From Pyrinomonadaceae bacterium (lineage in GTDB: Bacteria > Acidobacteriota > Blastocatellia > Pyrinomonadales > Pyrinomonadaceae), in assembly GCA_035758935.1 (NCBI GenBank), contig DASTVU010000672.1, positions 1-35,112 on the forward strand: 35,112 nucleotides of DNA, written 5' to 3'. Below are positions 31,826 to 35,112 of the stretch, one piece after another. The stretch's first letter is position 1; each line of letters opens with the position of its first letter. A model generated the notes under the pieces. It ran no database searches. It was not told the DNA's origin and saw nothing but the letters and a program-made list of their open reading frames with translations. Both the position numbers and the translations under genes were made by a program.

Positions 31826-32116
31826 ATGTCGAGCGTACCAGTGAGTGAGATTGAGTTTCTTGGGTTTGCCCTCGGTGACTGTACTGTCGACCTGGACCAA
31901 ACCTCGGCGAAGTATCTGAGAGTAGTACACGGTACGGCGCTGGAACTCGCAATCCACAATCAGTTTGGCGCCGAGTTTGGCGGCTTCTGGTTGCTGTCTC
32001 CTCAAATCACTCAACTACGCCGTCTCCCCGAGTATTACTCCCCGGAAGAAGCACCACTCGTCGAATTCGCAATCGAAGCCTATCTCGCAGCTCAGATCCG
32101 CGAATTCAGCTTTTAA
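31826..32116 (+). CDS. Hypothetical protein (96 aa) downstream of lexA
   Basis: ORF track. GAGG 6 nt upstream of the ATG. Protein-like composition. Its stop codon overlaps the stop of the convergent EamA gene (TTAA). No family recognised. Confidence 0.5.
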   Translation: MSSVPVSEIEFLGFALGDCTVDLDQTSAKYLRVVHGTALELAIHNQFGAEFGGFWLLSPQITQLRRLPEYYSPEEAPLVEFAIEAYLAAQIREFSF

Positions 32117-33033
32117 TCTGCGCCGGAAGAAGCCGTAACGACTTCTTCGCTACGTTCTTTCTGCTTAGCTTTGCGCACAACGATGAAGCCGATCCCCAGC
32201 ATGATCATTGCTCCGCCGGCGAGAGTGCGCCAGCCGAACTCTTCGTCGAGGACAATCATGCCGAGAATAACTGCTACCACTGGGGTCACTAACGCAATCA
32301 TCATTGACTTCGTGACGTCCATGTTCTGAACTAACCAGTAGTAAAGCAAAAACGCGATCACTGAGCCGACGATCGCCAGATACAACATCGCGACTACAGC
32401 GATTGGCGTCCAGTGGATTCGAAAAGGATTTCCCTCGAGCGGAATGCCGACAGCCAGCAGCAACAACAGACCAAAGAACATCTGACCGGCGCTGAGCACT
32501 GCTGGATTGAGATGTTTCCCGTATGCCTTCACCAGCACATTCGAATAAGCCGCGAACATCGCACTCAGAATCAACGCCACACAACCCGCTAGCGCCCGGG
32601 TTCCTGACACTGTAAGTTGATTCGAAAAAACCACGCCTACACCAAACACACCCAGTACGACTCCAAAGATCTTGGTCCAACTCAAACGCTCTGCCGGGAG
32701 ATGGAAGTGCGCAAAGACAAGTCCGAACGCGGGAAGCGTCGCTTGTAACAACGCAGCGAGACCCGAAGTGATGTACTGCTCTCCCCAGAATACGAGGCCG
32801 TAGTTGAACCCGAACGCAAGAATTCCGCTGATCGCGAGCAGAATCCAGTCGTTACGTGCTCGAGGCAGTGAAATTTGGCGAATGCGGATTAAAGAAAAAA
32901 GGATGGTGCAGGCAATAACGAATCTGATGCCTGCGAAAGTTATGGGAGGCAGGTCAGCGAGACCGAGCTTGATAAACAGCCAGGTCGAGCCCCAGATACC
33001 ACAGAGGATTAACCAGACAAGGCGAGCCTTCAT
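32113..33033 (-). CDS. EamA/DMT family transporter
   Basis: 10 TM helices in two EamA repeats. Opening CGIWGSTWLFIKLGL is typical. Confidence 0.9.
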   Translation of the reverse strand: MKARLVWLILCGIWGSTWLFIKLGLADLPPITFAGIRFVIACTILFSLIRIRQISLPRARNDWILLAISGILAFGFNYGLVFWGEQYITSGLAALLQATLPAFGLVFAHFHLPAERLSWTKIFGVVLGVFGVGVVFSNQLTVSGTRALAGCVALILSAMFAAYSNVLVKAYGKHLNPAVLSAGQMFFGLLLLLAVGIPLEGNPFRIHWTPIAVVAMLYLAIVGSVIAFLLYYWLVQNMDVTKSMMIALVTPVVAVILGMIVLDEEFGWRTLAGGAMIMLGIGFIVVRKAKQKERSEEVVTASSGAD

Positions 33034-33042
33034 CGATCATTT

Positions 33043-33101
33043 CCAATTGCCGATTGCCAATCTCGTTTCCAATTGGCAATCGGCATTTGGCAATTGGCAA
33101 T
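33043..33101. repeat. Palindromic element, ATTGCC type
   Basis: ccaattgccgattgccaa (33043..33060) against aattggcaatcggcatttggcaattggcaatg (33071..33101). Lies between the VOC stop and the EamA start. Confidence 0.85.
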
Positions 33102-33104
33102 GAA

Positions 33105-33908
33105 TTAGCCGTGTGGTTGCGTCTTGATAATCGCGAACGCAGCACCCTGTGGATCAATCAGGATCGCAAAGCGTCCGACACCGGGAATATCGTCGGCCGG
33201 CTTCATGACTTGTGCTCCGAGCTCGGTGGCCTTTTGAACCGAGGCGTCGCAGTCATCGACTGAAAAGTACACCAGCCAGTGTGGCGGAACGGGTCCCATT
33301 TCGGGCATAAGCTTGTACACCCCACCAATTCCCGCACCGTCATTCAGGAAGAGGGTGTATGGGATAGGACTGTCACCGAAAGGTTGTCTGGTCCAGCCAA
33401 ACACGTTCGAATAAAACTCACCGGCTTTTTCCGGATCGTTTGTGCCGAGTTCGCTCCAGGTGGCAGCACCGGGCACTCCCCAGACTTCCGATCCTTTGTT
33501 ATCCATGGCTTGCCAAACCGCAAAAACGGCGTCGGTCGGGTCCTTAATAACGGCCATTCGGCCATAGGTAGCTACGTCGAATGGACCATTCATCACGGTT
33601 GCACCTTCGGCCTTTGCTTTTTCAACTTTCTCATCTGCGTCGGTAACCGCGACATAAGTCAACCAGTTAGGTGGGACTCCCTGCTCAACCATGTCGGGCA
33701 TCAACTTGTAAAGCCCACCGACATCTTTGCCATCGAGCTTCAGCATCGTGTAGACCATGTCTGGGCCCATCGGGTTGTCTTGAAACTCCCAACCAAAGAG
33801 TTGTGAGTAAAAACTTTTCGCGGCATCGGTATCGCTGGTGCTGAGTTCCACCCAACAAAAATTTCCGGGCTTGATTTCGGGGGTCTCTTGCATTCTTGCT
33901 TCGGTCAT
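33105..33908 (-). CDS. Two-domain VOC (glyoxalase/dioxygenase superfamily) protein
   Basis: Two tandem repeats of F.WVEL.T.D...A..FY...FGW........Y.......G...GG......P..W..Y..V.D. Confidence 0.85.
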   Translation of the reverse strand: MTEARMQETPEIKPGNFCWVELSTSDTDAAKSFYSQLFGWEFQDNPMGPDMVYTMLKLDGKDVGGLYKLMPDMVEQGVPPNWLTYVAVTDADEKVEKAKAEGATVMNGPFDVATYGRMAVIKDPTDAVFAVWQAMDNKGSEVWGVPGAATWSELGTNDPEKAGEFYSNVFGWTRQPFGDSPIPYTLFLNDGAGIGGVYKLMPEMGPVPPHWLVYFSVDDCDASVQKATELGAQVMKPADDIPGVGRFAILIDPQGAAFAIIKTQPHG

Positions 33909-34047
33909 TTCAATTAATCCCTCCTATCGTCGGACAAGTACATTGAGGCGCTTTTCAGCGACGTGGAAAACGGGGAGAAACTTTTTTCTGATTTTGGAAA
34001 GCGGATAATTTATCACTTTAGAGCGCGGCAAGAAAGGCAGGAAGAAA

Positions 34048-34112
34048 AGCCACGGATTTCACGGATGAACACAGATAAAACCATCCGTGTTCATCCGTGA
34101 AAATCCGTGGCT
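34048..34112. repeat. Palindromic element, CACGGAT type
   Basis: agccacggatttcacggatgaacac (34048..34072) against gtgttcatccgtgaaaatccgtggct (34087..34112). Arms differ by a single-T indel. Confidence 0.9.
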
Positions 34113-34119
34113 TACTTTT

Positions 34120-34165
34120 CTTTTAAAAACGAAATGCGCTGCTCCCAGCAAGCTGAAAGCAGCGC
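34120..34165 (-). terminator. Intrinsic terminator ending the candidate ncRNA
   Basis: Minus-strand RNA: GCGCUGCU uucagcuugcuggg AGCAGCGC followed by AUUUCGUUUUU. Confidence 0.7.
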
Positions 34166-34618
34166 AATCCGTTTTCCTACAGTTTGCCGAAGCTCCCTAT
34201 AGGATGGCAACTAAAGCATGTACACACTCAAGCTGCCAATTTGTATCCCGATGACCAACTGGCGGTCAGCCAATCGCCGGTCAGCACTCGAATTAGTTTC
34301 CCAATCCTCGCACCCTTGCGGGCACGGTGCCGTTAGGTTTTTGTTGTGGTGGCTTTTCCTCCACCGCCGATTACGCTCCGGCAACGAAGCTCAACTTTCG
34401 TTGAGCCGCTTTGCTCCCTTTGGCGGGTCCTTGCCTCCGGGTGCCATTCGTTTTTATTCGAATGGCTCGAGAAAGTCTCGCAACCTTCTCTAGCTAAGCC
34501 TTTCGGCTCCGATTAGGGCGTCAATAGAATCAACAGCCGCCTGTCTCTTCTCTCTCTCAGGCGTCACCGCCCGATTGCCGATCCCTTTCTCGGTCTCGAA
34601 GGCCGCAACCCTCGCGAC
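34133..34618 (-). ncRNA. Candidate large structured ncRNA (about 485 nt), class not recognised
   Basis: ORF-free on the minus strand. Bracketed by a promoter (34625..34653) and a terminator. At least 10 local hairpins. Loops read GNRA or UUCG only on the minus strand: GGCG-GUGA-CGCC (34560..34571), AGCC-GAAA-GGCU (34497..34508), GCUCAAC-GAAA-GUUGAGC (34389..34406), CCC-GCAA-GGG (34313..34322), GC-UUCG-GC (34186..34193). Also has an 8-bp GCCAUUCG/CGAAUGGC stem and a 17-nt polypurine tract. Confidence 0.5.
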
Positions 34619-34624
34619 AGGATG

Positions 34625-34653
34625 GTTATACTCCTACACTGTTTTTAGATCAA
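34625..34653 (-). promoter_or_regulatory. Candidate sigma-70 promoter of the ncRNA
   Basis: Minus strand: TTGATC (34653..34648), exactly 17 nt, TATAAC (30..25 of the 346xx block, i.e. 34630..34625). Lies just downstream of the HIT stop codon. Confidence 0.55.
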
Positions 34654-34666
34654 ATTTTTGTGTGTT

Positions 34667-35092
34667 TTATTTTTTGGTTTTCACGGCTGTAAGTATTTTG
34701 CTTTGCACTTCCCTCATTTCTTCATCGCTTTTGTATTTCGTTCGTGGCCAGAAAAAACCTTTCAAACCATCTTTTCTCCGACGCGGCACCACATGAACAT
34801 GCAAATGAGGCACGCTTTGACTCACGCGATTATTCATCGCGACAAAAGTTCCTTCAGCATCCATTGCTGATTCAATTGCAAGAGCTAGCAGTTGCGCTGC
34901 TTCGAAATAAGGTGCAACAAGTTTTGTCGGAAGTTCGCCGAGTGTTTCCACATGTTGTCGTGGTACAAGCAACGTATGTCCTGGAAACAAAGGACGATGA
35001 TCGAGAAACGCCACTGCGTTCTCGTCTTCGTAAACGACAGTTGCCGGCACTTCACCAGACACAATTCGACAAAACAGACATTTGTCATCCAT
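34667..35092 (-). CDS. HIT (histidine triad) family protein
   Basis: ORF 34667..35107 begins at a TTG; ATG 35092 (MDDKCLFCRIVSGEVPA) is preferred. Histidine triad VPHLHVHVVPR. Confidence 0.85.
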   Translation of the reverse strand: MDDKCLFCRIVSGEVPATVVYEDENAVAFLDHRPLFPGHTLLVPRQHVETLGELPTKLVAPYFEAAQLLALAIESAMDAEGTFVAMNNRVSQSVPHLHVHVVPRRRKDGLKGFFWPRTKYKSDEEMREVQSKILTAVKTKK

Positions 35093-35112
35093 AAAATCCG
35101 TTCTCAATCCAC

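Noticed and set aside
1985-34112. CRISPR array interpretation of the recurring palindromes
   Set aside because: The copies are kilobases apart, each in a different intergenic spacer, with no regular repeat-spacer periodicity and no cas genes.
34196-34205. Shared 10-mer CCTATAGGAT (34196..34205 and 30222..30231), plus the resemblance of CTATAGGGAG to the 3' end of a T7-type promoter
   Set aside because: A single 10-mer match is only marginally unexpected for this window size (my rough estimate is well under one but not negligible). The rest of the T7 consensus is missing and no phage RNA polymerase context exists. Noted only as something a genome-wide motif search could revisit.
34133-34618. 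Identification of the structured RNA as RNase P RNA or tmRNA
   Set aside because: - A stretch CACCCGGAGGCAAGG..CCAAAGGG faintly resembles the RNase P GGAGCAAGGCCAAAUAGGGG region, and a frame ending ..YKLAA-TGA resembles a tmRNA tag.
- The P4 strands (GAGGAAAGUCCGGGC and ACAGAACCCGGCUUA), the GGUAAGGGUGAAAGGGUG region, a T-arm (GGUUCGAnUCC) and an ACCA 3' end are all absent.
- I cannot exclude a divergent known family without a covariance-model search.
34218-34796. Plus-strand ORFs 34218..34493 (91 aa), 34575..34796 and 34658..34870
   Set aside because: The first two lie on the opposite strand of the hairpin-rich candidate RNA, or overlap the HIT gene antisense. The translations are low-complexity (Leu/Phe/Ser/Arg) with no SD.

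Overview
35.1-kb chromosomal window with no rRNA, tRNA, CRISPR array, transposase or phage genes. Gene content (three PEP-CTERM proteins, a sigma-54 activator, DegP, MATE, several VOC/DoxX/YciI-type small enzymes) suggests a soil Acidobacteriota-like Gram-negative; this taxonomic guess is inference only. About 36 CDS are supportable.

Layout, left to right:
- A PQQ-like beta-propeller gene that runs off the left edge and is missing from the ORF track.
- A threonine-dehydratase-like PLP enzyme and an amidohydrolase.
- A DoxX / peroxiredoxin-like / DUF5990 group.
- A YciI gene divergent from an ECF-like sigma factor.
- An operon of histidine kinase, OmpR-type regulator, PP2C phosphatase and VOC protein.
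- MOSC, DJ-1/PfpI, MATE, cupin and DegP/HtrA genes.
- A hybrid PAS kinase translationally coupled to an NtrC-type activator, then three PEP-CTERM proteins and a stand-alone receiver.
- An SOS-type block: dnaE2, imuB and imuA on the minus strand, divergent from a UdgX-like uracil-DNA glycosylase, then lexA.
- EamA, a two-domain VOC protein and a HIT protein.

Five things deserve a second look:
1. The peroxiredoxin-like gene is split in the ORF track by a TGA that falls exactly on the first Cys of its WCxxC redox motif. A hairpin follows the TGA directly, so this is a candidate selenoprotein.
2. A roughly 485-nt ORF-free region (34133..34618, minus strand) is bracketed by a good sigma-70 promoter and an intrinsic terminator. 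It is full of hairpins capped by GNRA/UUCG tetraloops on one strand only, so it is a candidate large structured ncRNA of a class I cannot name.
3. Almost every intergenic spacer carries a long palindrome whose arms are built from short reiterated units (GCACAAA, CACAGAT/CACGGAT, CACAGAG, GTACAAA, ATTGCC). The arms match each other within a copy but differ between copies. Several abut or overlap start and stop codons and create false N-terminal ORF extensions.
4. The KRRIH-loop UdgX-like gene shares a 61-bp divergent control region with imuA, and that region holds a 27-bp near-palindrome.
5. A candidate sigma-54 promoter with two upstream TCTAGAC sites lies ahead of the first PEP-CTERM gene.

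All calls come from reading the sequence and from remembered family motifs. No database search or folding program was run.
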